This document shows, one piece after another, positions 27,076-41,426 of a stretch of DNA of 64,000 nucleotides (position 1 is the first letter of the stretch; every line of letters begins with the position of its first letter). The notes under the pieces are model-generated. The model had not been told where the DNA came from. It did not search any database and saw nothing but the letters and a program-made list of their open reading frames with translations. Location: positions 82,571,781-82,635,780 of the forward strand of contig NC_068988.1 of NCBI RefSeq assembly GCF_001194135.2. Direction: 5' to 3'. Position numbers and translations under genes: made by a program. Origin of the DNA: Octopus bimaculoides. Lineage: Eukaryota.

Positions 27076-27269
27076 TCAGTATATGTATTTATTATGCAAT
27101 TATGTGTGTATGTGTACATATATATATAAAATGTATCATTTTATATCCGTTTTTCCATGGTAGAATCATCATCATCATTTAATGTCTGCCTTCCATGCTG
27201 GCATGATTGGGACCATAACTTAGACAAATATGCATTAGTGAGGTTATAACCTAGCAGTGTGGGTTATAA

Positions 27270-28736
27270 CCTAGTCACCCGTATAGTTAGGGATGCTGTC
27301 AGTAAGGTGAGGGTTGGCAACAAGTATAGCAAAGAATTCAGAGTGTAAGTAGGGCTTCACCAAAGATCAGTCTTCAGCCTCCTCTTGTTCATCAAAGCCT
27401 TCCAGGCAATAACAGAATTCAAGACAGGCTGCCCCTGGGAGCTCCTCTATGCTGATGACCTTTTGTTCTTATAACTAAATCACTACCAGAACTAGAGAAG
27501 TTTCCGGTGTGGAAGTAATGTCCTAGGCCTTAGAGTTAATCTAGCAAAAACCGAAGTCTTAGTAAGTAGGAAAGCAGACAAATTAAAAATCCCTTCAGGT
27601 AGATGGTTCTGCTTGATCTGTAGGAAAGGCGTAGATAGAAACTCCATAAGATGTACCCGGTGTAAGTCATGAACACTTAAGAGGTACAGCAATATCAGAG
27701 GAAGGTTAACAGGGAAAATAGTTTTTGTGTGTGGAAGTTGCACACATACAATNNNNNNNNNNAAGTGACTAAGTCAGTAGCAGGGGTGGATATTCAGAGA
27801 GCTCCTACCTCTGCTGGTAAGAAAGGGCCTCTCTCTCAGAATGAAAGATAGACTGTATGATGCCTGTGTGTGAACAGCCATGCTACACAGCAGTGAAATA
27901 TGGACAGTGACTACTGATGACATGCCTAGGCTTGTAAGAAATGAAGCTTGTATGCTTCACTGGATGTGTAATGTCAGTGTGCATGCACGACAGTGTGTAA
28001 GCATCCTGTGAGAAAAGTTGGGCATAAGAAGCATCAGATGTGGTGTGCAAGAGAGATGACTGCGCTGGTATGGTCATGATGTATATGGACGAGGACAGCT
28101 GCATGAAGAAGTGCTGCACTCTAACGGTAGAGGGAACCTGTGGTAGAGGTAGACCCAGAAAGATATGGGATGAGGTGGTTAAGCATGATCTTCAAATGTT
28201 GGGCGTCATGGAGGCAATGACAAGTGACCAAGACCTTTGGTGATATGCTGTGCTTGAGAAGGCCCATCAAACCAAATGAGATCAGAGTCATTGTCAATGC
28301 AAGTGTCGCGTAACTAATACATAAAAAGTACCTTCCAAATGTTGGGTGATATGCTGTACTTAAGAACTGTTAAACCAAGTAAAATCATAGTTGTGACTGA
28401 TGCCAGTGCCATCTGACTGGTACCCATGCTGGTGGCACGTAAAAAGCACCATTCAAGCTTTGGGCCATGCTAGTGTAGACCTGTCAAGTCAAGTGAGGTC
28501 ATAGTCGTGGCTGATGCCAGTGTCACATCAATGGCACCTGTGCGAGTGGCATGTAAAAAACACCCACTACACTCTTAGAGTGGTTGGTATTAGGAAAGAC
28601 ATCCAGCCATAGAAACCTTGCCAAATAAGATTGGAAACTGGTGCAATTCTCCGGCTTACCAGTTTTCGGCCAAACTTTTTAACACATGCCAGCATGGAAA
28701 GCAGACGTTAAATGATAATGATGATGATGATGATGA
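27270..28736 (+). mobile_element. 5'-truncated RTE-clade LINE (RT C-terminal half, 3'UTR, (ATG)n tail)
   Basis: SKVRVGN..GLHQRSVFSLLLF..CPWELLYADDL, later GRGRPRKIWDEVVKHDL, and a microsatellite tail; several stops and a 10-N gap. Confidence 0.9.
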
Positions 28737-28747
28737 TTTATATATAT

Positions 28748-29130
28748 CATCATCATCATCATCATCGTTTAACGTCCACTTTCCATGCAAGCATGGGTTG
28801 GACGATTCGACTGACGACTGGTGAAACAGATGGCTGCACCAGGCTCCAATCTGATCTGGCAGAGTTTCTACAGCTGAATGCCCTTCCTAACGCCAACCAC
28901 TCCGAGAGTGTAGTGGGTGCTTTTATGTGCCACCAGCACGAAGGCCTGTCAGGCGGTACTGGTAACGGCCATGCTCAAAATAGTGTATTTTACATGCCAC
29001 CTGCACAGGAACCAGTCCAACGGCACTGGCAACAATCTTGCTCGAATGACTTTTCACGTGCCAGGAAGGCAATGCTGGTAACGATCACGCTCGAACAGTG
29101 CTCTTAGCGCTACACTGGTACAAGTGCCAT
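28748..29130 (-). mobile_element. RTE-type 3' tail fragment, tail-to-tail with the preceding LINE
   Basis: (CAT)n followed by cgtttaacgtccactttccatgc...ggatgcccttcctaacgccaaccactcc, the reverse complement of the 28560-28736 tail. Confidence 0.85.
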
Positions 29131-30340
29131 CATGATTTCGCTTTAAATATATATAACATATAAATGTAATATAAGATATATATCTAAATTGTGTATGTGT
29201 GCATGTGTACTGATCGAGTGTCCCAATTTCAGGTCTTCAGAGTCTCCTTGCATTTACTCTGGCTGGTTTTGTGTTGACATTGAGTGAGACCAGCTGAAAT
29301 ACTTGGGTACATGTTTAGCCACTTCCCTATACAACACATTGCAAAGAACAGACAAGGAAACATACTCAATAAACAAAAATCTAACACAAATGCACAAATT
29401 TGATCCTTTCTTTAGTTCGAAATTGGAAATCATTACAATTTTGGAATCTAAAAGAATTGTTCATTTCAATGGTGTCCATAACTTATTAGTGTACCAAGGA
29501 TACAGACAAGTGTGCATAGAAAATGTTAAAATACAGATCAAGATAAACAAAAAATATACAAAGTCTTTAAACGAAAAACAATAGTAACACAAGTTGTGAG
29601 AATGAAAAGGAAAATGAAGGCACAAGACAAAAGAAACAGGTGAATATATATGTAATCATAAGACTTGATAAGTTTAAGTTAAAAAAAATTTCAAAAAAAA
29701 AAAAGATAAATTTGTCTTTTTGATTGGTTAAGTAATGTATGGAGAAAAATACAGCACCTGACAAAAAATACAGCCTGACAAAAAGCAATATCTTATAAGT
29801 GGCTTTGGTCAGCCTAAGGCTATAGAAGACACATGAAGTGCCACACAGTGGAACTGAACCAGGAGCCAAGGAACCATGTGGTTGGGAAATAAGCTTCTTA
29901 CCACAGAGCCACACCTACACTTTATATATATACATTTAAAGGACCAGTTAATTTTGTGAGGTGTAAATTTATGGCTAGAACTAGTTCACTGAAATATTAC
30001 ATACCCCTTAATTCTAAGTTTAAAAATATGTAAAAATAAGTCAACATTATAGATGAATAGTGTGTGTGTGCGCGCGCGCGTGCGCACATGATAATGGAAA
30101 TTATCTATATACATATAAGACAATAGGGTGTTGTTTCGGGAAAATTTGGTTATCTATTGGCAAGTGCACACTAAGAACAGCCTGGAATTACATGATTAAA
30201 AGAGGACTTCTCTTAGTATGACATCATTTTTAATGCCTTCAGAGTGAAAACTTACACATCAGTTGTTTATATAGTTTCATATTTAAAGGGCAGTTATATC
30301 TGTGTAATACCATAGTTTTCATTTGTAAAAATAAGCTCAC

Positions 30341-30441
30341 CCATTACCCCTGTAGAAAACAGCCTGCTCTGTGTGGTGCAGTTTACAAAGTTCAAAGTAA
30401 AAGAAGTATGAGATAGTTTGTTGCATAAAGCTCCAACAAAA
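30341..30441 (-). CDS. Exon X (101 nt, phase 2->1): (S)FVGALCNKLSHTSFTLNFVNCTTQSRLFSTGVM
   Basis: Strong acceptor ctttattctgtttcttggtttag|, donor G|gtgagc. Phase fits exon E and exon Y. SFVG resembles the Gypsy thumb motif SFLG. Confidence 0.6.
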
Positions 30442-32103
30442 CTAAACCAAGAAACAGAATAAAGTAGAAAACTCATATATTATGGTTACTGGTGCAGAAT
30501 AAAACTTATTCAGGTTATTTCACTGTAGTAGAATGTAGTAGGTAAAAGCAAAGTAGTGGTGGCCACTATTTTGAGGATATATCACAAAAATATGTTTATT
30601 AATTATAGTGGAAATGCTGGTGGAAAGGTGATGGTTAGCTTTTTTAATATATTCTACGATTTTGACCTACAACTGAGGAGACCTGAGAGGTGAATAGGGT
30701 GCAAATGAGACCTGACAAACATAAAGCATAATAGGAGAAATGAAAGGATGAATAACATACAGAATAAAATTAGAAAAAGAGTGAACAGGACCCTTGAAAT
30801 GAAAATAAAAACTGTCAGGCCTGCTTATTTCCCTTATAGGACGTAATTTATTTCACAAATTTTTTTCCATTTACAAATAAAAACTACAACATTATTTTGA
30901 AATAGTTTTCATAGATTGCTTATGGCTAACTTTGTGAATAGAATCTTTTAGTTTGTCTTGTATTACTGTCTTGTATTCTTCATGTCATAAAAAAAAAACA
31001 TAAAATAGTTCTTAGTAAACGATACTGAATATGTTCAAATACTGCTGTATGGTTAAGAAGCTTGTTATTCAACCATGTGATTTTTAGATTCAGGCCCACT
31101 TTACAGTACCTTAGGCAAGCATCTTCTACAACAGCTTTGGCTGACCAATGCTTTGAGTGAATTTGGTGGACAGAAATTGTCTTTTGTTTTAAGGATGAAT
31201 TCAAATATTTTAATGTATTTTATACAGCAATAATTATAAATCTGTCTAAACTCTTCTCCTCCCTCCTATACAACTTAATAGTGACAAAACTCAATGCATA
31301 TTACACATAAGAGATATTTTTTCCAGGATATCACTGTCCAAAATTAGGTCTTCACATAACACAAGTGCATACTTTTACAGGCTTGTTTATTTGTATTTGT
31401 TTTACCTAAAATACTGTGTGAGTGTGTGTATATAAAACAGTATATACCATGTAGAATACAAAGACACACACAGACACTTATATATATGCATTATATCATA
31501 ATAAAAAGGTGTATGACATTTGTGATGTGTATACAAACATTCAACAGCACCAGCTGTAATATTATGTCTCTGAGAAGCTTCTCAAAAACCAAGCTCACTC
31601 AGAACACCAAAAACAGATCAGACAGTGTTTTGACCTCATTTGGTCTCCTCAGTGCTTACTGATGTCTACAGCTGAATGAATATCTTTTGGCTTAGCTTGG
31701 AATGTCTAGGGAAGTACATTGCTGAGAAGAATAAATGAGGTTGAAATTGTTTGATGATCTGCCGAAGATATTCTGAGTTGAGCCCCATATTTTTTGATAT
31801 ACAAATATCTTGAGAAGTTTCCCCAGAATCAAAATGTTACAGCTTGTGCTATTTCAGGTTTGTATATACATTAAAACTATTATACACACCATTATGACAC
31901 ATATACACATACATACAGTTTGTTCTTGCCTTTCCTCCTCTCTATCTTACACCCTATTCCAAAGGACAAAACGTTCTTTCCACTTCTCTAAGCATCTAAC
32001 TTAATAATGTTGACTGTCAACTTGTTCAGTCACATTGTTTTGTTCTTTTGATGTCTATATATAATATATTTACAGACAACAATGTGTGAGGGTATGAGTC
32101 TAA

Positions 32104-32137
<34 letters not shown>

Positions 32138-32511
32138 TTGTTGTGCATCAGGTTTTTTATGCAAGATTATGTTGGGTGCATGTATGTGTCTGTCTATACC
32201 AATATACGTGTGCATGCATGTGCATAGGAAGAAACCTCTGTAGGTCAGTATGTTGACCATGAAACTGCACATGTATATGCAGGCCTGAGCAAGATTCTTT
32301 TTGAGGAAGACTGACATTAGCCTATGCATACAAGTTTCCCCTCTTGACAACAATGTTTATCCAAAGAAAAGCCACCAACTTAGCCCAATACAACAGGTGT
32401 TAGTATCAGAAAACAAGGAGTCAGAACAGATATCACAAGGAAGCCGACTTCAACAATTCCCCCAACCTACCACCCTGAATATATATATGCATGTGTGTGT
32501 AATATAATATA

Positions 32512-32582
<71 letters not shown>

Positions 32583-33883
32583 TTATGTAATTTATAACTA
32601 CATATATGTCTAGGTGTTTAAGAGGTCAACCACTTGTTTTCAGGTTCAGTAGCACTGCACAGCACTTTGGGCAAGTGTCTCCAACTATAGCTCCAAGTTG
32701 ACCAATGCCTTGTGAGTTTGGTATATGGAAACTGTATGAAGCCCATCATGTGTGCATCTCAATAAATAAATTTTCTTTACGTTCACCACTTGAAAAACAG
32801 TTGTTTGTTTATGTTAATGTAATTTAATCGTTTGACAAAAATAGGGATCAATAGAATAAGTAATACACTTAAAAAATATGTACTGGGGTCTATCAGACTG
32901 ATGGAAACCTTTGATGATAGTGCCCCAAAATGGTTTCAGTCCAATGACTGAGACAGTAGATAAGTCACATAAGATATGTACACAAAATATTGATAATATT
33001 TATGTATAACATGTCTGCATAATACATAAAAGATATATAAAAGTATATGCATATATATATATATATATATATAATTTATATATGTGCATGTGTTTACATT
33101 ATATGCATGTCCCCTAATTCAGCAGTTCAACAAATAGCACTCAATAAAAATGTTTCATGGGGTCAAAATAATCATTTAGAACCCACAAAGGTAGTGTCCA
33201 GCATGGCCACAGTCCAAACACTAACACCAGCTAAATAGTATATAATGCATCTAAATTGAGATGATTACAGCTTGCCAGGCTATTTTCACCAACATTGTTG
33301 AACGTTGTTGTCATGAAAATGTTGTCATATATATTGACTTGGCATGTTGTAAGTTAAAAAGAAAATTTTAAACATATCTAATTTGCTCAAGCCAGCTAAT
33401 AATTAATTACCTGAAGCAGACAAAAAAAAAAAACTAACTTAGAGATTTGTAACGTAAACTAAGTAGACGGTCGTCAAAACATTTATTTTTGTATTTACTT
33501 ATTCCAGCAGATTTTTTTTTAATATTTTCTTCCTTCACATGTTCACACAACATGTGTGTTCATATGTAGATGTGTTTACATCTATACACAACGTGTTCAT
33601 ACATATAAACCCACTAATGTAATTGTGTACATGTAGTGCATGTATGAGCTCATGTAAATTTGCTTTTACAAATAAATATATATATATAAAGAGATAATCA
33701 AATTACATGCTTCTGTGATCTTACTCCAATAACAAGTTATGGATAATGCATAATTCACAAGAATTTAAAAATCAGAGTTGGAAATAGAATTGAATACATA
33801 CTGAAACAGTTTTAGTTTTTTTTTTGTTTTGTTTTTTTCTATTTCTCTTTTCTTTTTTTTTTCTTTTACAATAAAATTCTTAC

Positions 33884-34152
33884 CTTTCCTGAATTTTTCT
33901 TCTAAAATGACTATCATGCCTGTAACAAAATGGAGGTGATTTGATGGGGATCGGTCGATCATAAGGCAGTGGAGACACGGACCGCCTTGCTATAATACCA
34001 CTGTCACAGTGAGTGCCAATGGATACAGCTCTCCTTTGAAGTGGTGGAGAAAAACTTCGTTGCATCAAAGTAGGAGACATAGGTTGAGGGGCCATCTGGG
34101 GTATCTGTGTGAAACTTAATGCCGATGGGATGTTTGGATAGGAATAACATGT
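33884..34152 (-). CDS. Exon E (269 nt, phase 0->2): Ser/Pro/Arg-rich segment TCYSYPNIPSA...SPPFCYRHDSHFRRKIQE
   Basis: Branch-like tcctaat, an AG-free zone, then ctatacag| acceptor; donor AG|gtaaga. Only one frame is open; GC is higher than in the flanks. Confidence 0.8.
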
Positions 34153-37100
34153 CTGTATAGTCAAATTGGGATACATTAGGATGATATTTATAAGAAAAAG
34201 AATATCTTAGTTTATATTAATATTTTACTCAGACGCTTAGCAGCATTTCTTCATAAAATTTACTTGTAAAACTTTTGTTGATAGAATCATTTTTGGGTCT
34301 GCAGCTGTTAATAAATAATATCAAAGGGCAGGCCAAGTTGTGTGTGTTAAGCTAATGTCAACTTTCCATAAACAATGACAAGAACTGTTAGCTGTTCAGT
34401 ATGATTGCAACCCCACTCCATCCTTAGTGCTAGAAGAGAGTTACACAACTTCCAATGAAAAGAACTAGGCTACCAGTAGAACAGTAACTTCAGCTACTGA
34501 TGTCATAGCAATAATTCTCTTACAGGCAACAACAACAAATAAAATAACTCACTCAATTGTATATGTAAGCTAGTTAGTAGATCTACAAAACATAACTATA
34601 CAAACTTTTACAGTCATTCACTTGCTGCTTATGCTCAAAACAATACTAAAAGTAGAGCATTTACCTGTGTTTTTGTGTGTGTATACATGTCAGGATTTAC
34701 AAAGGAGAGAAAGTATTTGTTACATGAAGTAGAGTTTATTCACTGTACATAATATATTTTTATACTATATCATACATTTTATGGACAATAGCTCTGCTCA
34801 TTGGTTACAGGTTTCCAACAGATCACTCACTGGTTGAATGCATTTCCAATAGTGTGAATGACAAGGGAGCAACTACATAATCTTTACTTCTTTGTTTTTT
34901 GCTGTTTTTCTTCTGTTGGACTCATTTTATAATTTTTCTCTGACTTATTTTAAGCATTTACTTTACAAGAGAATGGAGAGGGGAGGAGGCAAAAAAATTA
35001 ATAAATTTATATTTAGTTACTTAAAAAAAGCAGTTATTTTACACTATAAAATGATAATACTTCAATATGTGGAATATTCCCCAGCCTTTTTCTCTCCAAC
35101 TGAATATCGAGAACCCAATGAAAAAACCTAAAACAGTATTGCTATGTATCCTACCAAAATACCACAGAGAAAGAATTGAGAAATGTTATCTCTATAGTTG
35201 GCTATTACTAGCAATCAAAACAATTGTTCTTCAAGCAAACACCTGTACATAAGTTCTTTGATACAAGACTACTACTGATAATAAGTACAGAGTTCTTATA
35301 AGGTGAACATCTATTTTGCTATAAATGCCACCTGTTGTTTAATTCCAGGCCAACAATGATCAAATAGACCTATGACTATCTTGTCTTTCTCTTCTTTCTT
35401 TTTCTTTTTTTTTTTTTCAGACACATCCAAATGTCTCTGCATCATTTTTTTTTTTTTAAGTAGGGTGTAATATGACAGATTTAGCTGCTATTTCTAGCAG
35501 GTTGAGCAACCACAGAGAGGTCTCTCTCACTGACTTTGTTAACTGCCTATTATAGCAAACTTAAGTGAGATATATGTTTTGTGAATCAGAAATGTTTTGA
35601 AAAACCAGTAAAAACTTTCAAAAAATCTATTGTATGTTTTCATCAAAATGTCAACATTTTCCAATGATAGAAGTACATGGCAAACTCAGAGAATGGGAGA
35701 AAAATCAGAATCTTGAGCATGGTTATAAGAAAATAGTCTACATTTCATTTTGTCCATTAGAGAACTAAAATGCACACATGAAATACCTCAACAACTTAAA
35801 ACTCACAAACTCTTGAATTTCTTTTTTTTATTTGTGATATGGATTATCTAAAATTTAAGTGGGATTCTCTTAATCTAAGTATAATATTTCTTATTTTTAT
35901 ATCAATAATTCGACAAAGAAATCATATTAATATTATAGAAAATAAAATTTACTTTTGACAGTTTTTGATACATCTAAAGGAGAAACTTTTTTATTGTTAA
36001 CATCCATATATGTACTCTGAGTAATCAAATGACTGAAAAAATGTTTTAAGCTGTGATATTAATAGAAATCATAAGAGGACACATTTATGGATTTCATTTT
36101 GCTAACTTCACTCCCAAGAGAAAACTCTTAACCATTCCATTCAAAGGAACAACATTCCAGTAGTGATTCCGTTAAATACTTGAACACAGTGCTTTGACTT
36201 TTACTGTGTATTCCATAGTAAATTGTAATAGAGAAAAATAAATCAGTTCACAAATCATTCAATTTTTATAACACATTATGAAACACAACAGGAACCATTC
36301 TTTCATACAACCCTCTAAAGCAAGTACATTAATACAATTTTCAAAAACAAATAGCAGAGGCGGTGGTAAGAAGAGAACATGAATTTAAAAATTAAAAAAA
36401 CTGCCACGTTGAAGACAACTTTAATATCCTAACACCACCAAGACATCTCATCATTATTTTTGTTTCTGTTTCCAGCTCCACCTCAGCTACTCTCATTGTC
36501 TTTCCTTTAACATGAAAAGCCACATAGCTCCTCTTCAGCAAGAAACCCAATGTTCTAGCCTCTTTCATTCTTCAACTTCTCATATCCTAACATAAAGCCT
36601 CCTTTCTCTCTACTGTAGCTCTAGTCAGTCACTGAAGATCTTAGTCTTACAAACTGAAAGGGTGAGTGCACTAGCGCTGGTGCCACAAAAAAAGCAAATG
36701 GAGTAGTTGGTGTTAGAAAGGACATCCAGCTGTACAAACCATGTCATCAGAGTCAAGACTGTGTTGTCTCCAGACTCATTGAATCCTGTCAAACCATCCA
36801 ACCCAAGCCAGCATGGAACATGAACATCATATGACAATGACAATCATTAATCAAAATCAGTACAAGTAAAAAGGAGCACAAACAATTATAGCCATGAAAC
36901 ATTCTTCCTTCTTATTAAAACCATGTTTTCCAATACATTATCAGTTTTACCCCTGCTTTATCTCTAATTCTACACTTTAAATGCATAAATCTCTTCCACT
37001 GAAGGTTGTGTGTATCCCAACATTGCTACAGTCTAGCATCACTGAAGTGTCTACTTTCAATATAAAGGTGATCTCAGTTATCACTTAGTGCCTACAAAAA

Positions 37101-38004
37101 TATTGCCTGCCTCTTATCACAGTATACTAGCCTCTACCTCTCAGATCATTTACCTTCCCTCAGTAGGAATCCACACAAAAATTTTCTGACACCCATCCCA
37201 TCAATTTAAGTCTTCTCCAAGGAACTAGGGTTTCTTAATGAAATACTAATATATAGTTTCAAGATATAAAATAACTAAGGCAAGAAACTATTCTTATAGG
37301 CCACAGATCAAAGGTGATAGGGCAATATATTTTAGAAGAATGGAGTTGAAATATTCAAGTTTTTACTGAGCATATATAAGTTGCTTAGGTAAAGTGACTT
37401 AAATAATAAAAGGTTTAACAAAGGTACAAGGCCAGAAATTTCAAAAAGAGGGGTTGTGGACATGGTATGTGCATTATTTTATCAATCTAAGAGGGATGAA
37501 AAGGAAAAGTTGATCTCAGTGGGATTTGAACATGGACACAACGCCTTGTGGTATTTAGCACAACTCATGTTCTAACATTCTGAAGATTTTACCAATCCAT
37601 TACCCAAGTAACCTTTCATAAAAATAATATTTATTATGGATGGTGCAAAGACATGATTTAATTCACTCTGGTTACTTACTTGTCTGTCACTTGGGATGAA
37701 AGACAAAATCTTAATGGTGTTAAAACTCACAATGTATGAGAATCAAATTAAATATATATGGCAATAATAAAAACAATAACAACAATAATAAAGTTTCTAA
37801 TTAAAAAGAATAGTTAATAATTATTATTTAAAAAAATAAAGATAGAAACAAAAATAAATTAATCATTTATACTGATTTCGACTGAATATGTCTATTCAAA
37901 TATTAAGACCCACATGTTTAAAATACAAATATATCTACTTCAAATACATATTTATTTATATACATTACAAAGACCCATGTTTAAAATATGTCTACTGCAA
38001 ATTT

Positions 38005-38076
<72 letters not shown>

Positions 38077-39240
38077 CACTTTGGATACCTAACAATCTGA
38101 GACCCTCCCTGGTTCTATGATTTAAAGTGGTCCAAACAAGAGTTCCATGATAGTTATTTTCCTAAATTTTCATTATTTTTAAAACTAATTGAAACAAAAA
38201 CAGTATGTCTCAACAAAAATATTGCAACAAATGATAACAAAAGGATTAAAGTTTTCTCACTAGAGTAAAATTATGTATATACATATATATTACACACATA
38301 ATTGTTGCAGTCAACAATTCATTAAAATATACCTATTATTCCACTGAATTACATCGAGTTCTCTACATAGAACTACTTTGTTACGCACTACTAAAACTAT
38401 ATAGCATATACACAAATTCTAACAGATTGGCCTTGACAACTGGTATAAAACAGGAGATTGTCAACATTTCCATTGTTATCAATTCACATTGAAACTAAGG
38501 ATGGTTAATGAATAATTAAATCAAAGTTAGACACAAAAAGAAAAATAATAAAAATAATCAGTAAAACATCACTTGTGAGCTCCTCATTTCAAATAATCTA
38601 TGTAAGATGCATCATCATCATCATCATTGTCGTTTAACGTCCGNNNNNNNNNNNNNNNNNNNNNNNNNNNNNNNNNNNNNNNNNNNNNNNNNNNNNNNNN
38701 NNNNNNNNNNNNNNNNNNNNNNNNNNNNNNNNNNNNNNNNNNNNNNNNNNNNNNNNNNNNNNNNNNNNNNNNNNNNNNNNNNNNNNNNNNNNNNNNNNNN
38801 NNNNNNNNNNNNNNNNNNNNNNNNNNNNNNNNNNNNNNNNNNNNNNNNNNNNNNNNNNNNNNNNNNNNNNNNNNNNNNNNNNNNNNNNNNNNNNNNNNNN
38901 NNNNNNNNNNNNNNNNNNNNNNNNNNNNNNNNNNNNNNNNNNNNNNNNNNNNNNNNNNNNNNNNNNNNNNNNNNNNNNNNNNNNNNNNNNNNNNNNNNNN
39001 NNNNNNNNNNNNNNNNNNNNNNNNNNNNNNNNNNNNNNNNNNNNNNNNNNNNNNNNNNNNNNNNNNNNNNNNNNNNNNNNNNNNNGTGTAGTGGGTGTTT
39101 TTACGTGTCACCTGCACAAAAACGGCCACGCTCGAAATAGTGTCTTTTATGTGCCACCCGCACAAGAGCCAGTCCAGGGGCACTGGCAACGATCTCGCTC
39201 GAAAACCCTATCTTCCCTATATTTTTAATTCTACCCATAA

Positions 39241-39453
39241 TAATAATCCTTCCTACTAAAGGCACAAGGCCTGAAATTTGGGGGAAGGAATTAAGTCAAT
39301 TACATCGACCCCAGTGCGTAACTTTATTGAATTGACCCCAAAAGGACAAAAGACAAAGTCGACCTCGGCGGAATTCAAATTCAGAACACAGTGACAGATA
39401 AAATACCGCTAAGCGTTTCGCTCAGCATGCTAACAATTTTTCCAGGTCACCAC
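39241..39453 (-). mobile_element. SINE, same family as 23011-23224, fused to an RTE tail
   Basis: Reverse complement of the 23011 element. Confidence 0.8.
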
Positions 39454-39762
39454 CATATGTCAGGTCATCACCTAATAATAATAATTAGCACAAAAAAAAA
39501 TGATATGTACAAATGTTTGTGATGGAAAGTGGACTTATACATGTCTTTTCTTTACATTTTTAGAATTTCTCTAAACAATATTTAACTGTTTTAGTAAATT
39601 CTGATTGATCTCAGGTAATGTTACATATTGTCATTTTGGAAATAAGACCTCAGGAACACTGCACTGGAAAAAAAGGGACTTAATGTTCAGGTCTAAATAA
39701 GAAAAAGGGACACATAATTCAAGAACTGAATTTAACAGCCTGAAATAACTCACTGGTTAACC

Positions 39763-39806
<44 letters not shown>

Positions 39807-41426
39807 ATATATATTTAAAAGACAAAGGTTTTAAAAGTTTCACCCATTTAAATGAAAACAAGAGGAAAAAACAAAGAATCACATGTAATTTCTGAAGGAG
39901 ACAAATGAATAAATAATATTTTAGAAACAAAAGGACATGGAAATGAACCAAAACAATCTACATTTGCATCTTGAAACAAAAATATTAAGAAGTCATAAAA
40001 TAATCTCATAGCACAGCATTCAGCAGAAAGAAAGATTTGAAAATATTAATTGAAAAAGTGAAAAGCACAAATGTTTTTTTGTTGATTTTTTTTTTTTAAT
40101 TTGAACGATTATAAATTTTGGTATAATTCTCTTTAATTATTGGAGGACAATGGTTTAAAAAGTAAACAGTTGTTATATGTGAATACTGGATCCAAAACAA
40201 ATAACATTTGTAAGTTGAATAAAATAGATTAAAATTTTACACATTGGTAAGCAATCAAACTGTTACCAATTATGAAAAATTTTTCAAAAAAAAAAACTAA
40301 AAAAATTATTTAAAAAAAACAATATTGAAAGGATAAACATGCATATTTGAAAGATAAAAAAGTCATAAAATGAGATTATGCTAGATAAAGGACTTGTTGG
40401 AAAACCTACTGGTGACCATTTCCCTATTCCTTTCAGTCAGAGTTAACAAATAGGTACCAGTAATATACTAGAAAAAAACTGAAGTTATTGAGAAATAAAA
40501 CACTTCTAGAACAGAAATGAAAAACACATCTAACACCTGTAGTAAAAATAATAGCACTAAAATAAATAGAAGAAAATGTAAAAAAAAAAAAAAATATTAA
40601 AAAAAGTCAATGGTAGTATATCAGATATACTATACTATCCTTGCAATTAGACCTTACTGTCTCAATATAGAAACAGAATTAAGGATATACAAATGGCTGA
40701 GACAGAATAAAAGGTTCCTTTTGGTGATATACCATCATGCGCAGTTATTCCCATTTCTAGTTACATGCAGGTCAGGAAGGATTTCTTTTTAGGCAAAACT
40801 ACTGGTGATTTGGTTCTATGGAATATTATTAGCTTTTCTAATGAGTTAATCAAAAACATTCAAGTCTTTTTCAAGGCGTTTACAAACAAATGAATACAAA
40901 TATACACGAGTTTGACACCAAGTTACATGAATGAAAATTGTTTATAACTGAAAAATTCACCCATCCATCCTTTTATATATATATATATATTAGACGAACA
41001 GACAGATACATGCACACACATTTTCAATACATATATATTGAATTTGTAAGCCTTCATTACTAAGAGTTTGAAATTATTTTTACAAATTTCATAATTTAAA
41101 AAATATTTCAATCTAACTAGTTTCAGTTATATAAATGGCACCACTTCAGAAGAAATAAGTAAAATAATGTAGATTTGAAAGAAATGATAAACATACCAGA
41201 AAATACATTATAAAAAAACTTGATAATTGAGAACAGCTTTCAAGTTGTCACACTAAAAGAAAAGAATGCCACCAACAATTGTTTTGTCCTTCATGTGGTT
41301 TCTGTTTTTCTATTGTAACTATATTACTTCCACATAGCTGCCAGCTGGAAAATAATAGCTTTCCAAACAACATACAAGATTTTCTAGATGAAGATGAAAA
41401 TTCATTATTTTCACTGTCAAACCTAC

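Noticed and set aside
34831-34872. 42-nt phase 0->0 candidate cassette (LLPCHSHYWKCIQP) with a gtgagt donor
   Set aside because: Purine-rich, weak acceptor and no homology support.
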